Part shown: positions 49,960-51,003 of the stretch, in pieces | Layout: each line of letters begins with the position of its first letter | Position numbering within the stretch: the first letter of the stretch is position 1 | NCBI RefSeq assembly: GCF_001194135.2 | Contig: NC_069003.1 | Coordinates: 3,790,176-3,841,178, forward strand | Origin: Octopus bimaculoides | Lineage: Eukaryota | Direction of reading: 5' to 3' | Length of the DNA: 51,003 nucleotides | The notes under the pieces: generated by a model | Databases searched by the model: none | Told to the model about the DNA's origin: nothing | The model's input: the letters and a program-made list of their open reading frames with translations, nothing else | Program-made: the position numbers and the translations under genes

Positions 49960-50290
49960 AGAGGAAGGGGAGGAGGGGGAGGAGAGGAAGAACAGGAGGG
50001 GGAGGAGAAGAAGAAGAAGAAGAAGAAGAAGAAGAAGAAGAAGAAGAAGAAGAAGAAGAAGGAAAACAAGCAGAAGAAGAAGAAGAATACGAAAAAGAAA
50101 AAAATGGGGATGATGGAGGAGGAGGAGGAGGAAAGAAGAGGGAAAAGTAGAAGAAAACAGGAAGAAGGAAATGAAAAAGAAGAAAAGGAAGAAGGAAACG
50201 AAGAAGAAGAAGAAGAAAAAGAAGAAGGAAAACAAGAAGCAGAAGAGGAGGAGATGTTGATGATGATGATGATGACAAGGAGAAAGAGAT
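49960..50290. repeat. (GAA)n/(GGA)n polypurine tract
   Basis: Directly visible. Confidence 0.93.
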
Positions 50291-50922
50291 GGAGAAAAAT
50301 GTAGTAAGAGATGAAGGAAGAGGGTTGGGCCAAGAGGAGTAGAGAGAGTGTAGCAGCACGAGGAGAACAACAACGGCGAAATAGAACACACACACATACA
50401 TACACGCACACTGACAAACTTGTACTCACGCACAAACACAAACTCACACACACACATATGTACACATACCCTATACACACGCGCACGCACTACACACATA
50501 CACAAATAATAAAATAAAAACATGGCTAGAAAGAGATGACAAGAAGAACAGGAACATGTAACTGTAACGGTTCGGCAATAACCGCGAAAGCTAAGTGAAC
50601 AATGGCGTCAGAATTTAACCACCGTAGAGCCGATAAGAGGGTAACAAAAGGATCATGACGCATCGGAAAAGAAGAATGACGAGGAATAAAAAAAAAAAAG
50701 AAATCTATATAGAATAAATGACCAACAGAAACAATATGTTATGTGTAACAACACTGAGGGGGGTTAAATAAGGATCAAACTAGACACGGTTTTAGGGAAA
50801 ACAGAATCATATTCATTTGTATGTATGAAATCGTATGAAAATGTACGTACGAATGTGTAGCTGTTTTTATTTGTGGATGAGCATGTTTGCTTACATATAT
50901 ATATACGTATATATAAATATAG

Positions 50923-51003
50923 TTAGCAAGGTGAGACACACATAAGAAAGAAGGAAACAAAGGACCACTGATGAGGTCACAGAAGTGTGACGAAAGAACT
51001 CTG
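50923..51003 (+). ncRNA. 81-bp segment copy 2 with the same hammerhead motif (CUGAUGA at 50968-50974), cut by the window end
   Basis: Identical core and helix II to 48650-48689; the helix I 3' strand is truncated at the window edge. Confidence 0.72.

Overview
Eukaryotic, AT-rich, gap-riddled draft sequence. It is most likely octopus (inferred from the SINE families, the extreme microsatellite load and N-gaps beside (TA)n tracts), and looks intronic or intergenic. I could not identify any host protein-coding exon; nearly all ORFs in the track are translated microsatellites, low-complexity tracts or N-gaps. The recognisable content is mobile-element debris: two abundant tRNA-derived SINE families (about 15 copies or fragments), two Penelope-like (PLE) GIY-YIG remnants, a decayed Tc1/mariner (rosa/DD41D-like) transposase, 3' ends of a CR1/L2-like LINE and an R4/Dong-like element, and a Helitron-like 3' end. 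The most notable signal is a set of type I hammerhead ribozyme motifs from several unrelated repeat families. Cores are intact at 17711-17795(-), 32798-32832(+), 48650-48689(+) and 50965-51003(+); one copy at 34500-34545(+) has a damaged helix III and lies directly behind a tRNA-like Pol III promoter. PLE-associated hammerheads are a known class, so any novelty is at the family or architecture level. All protein and family assignments were made by eye, without database searches.
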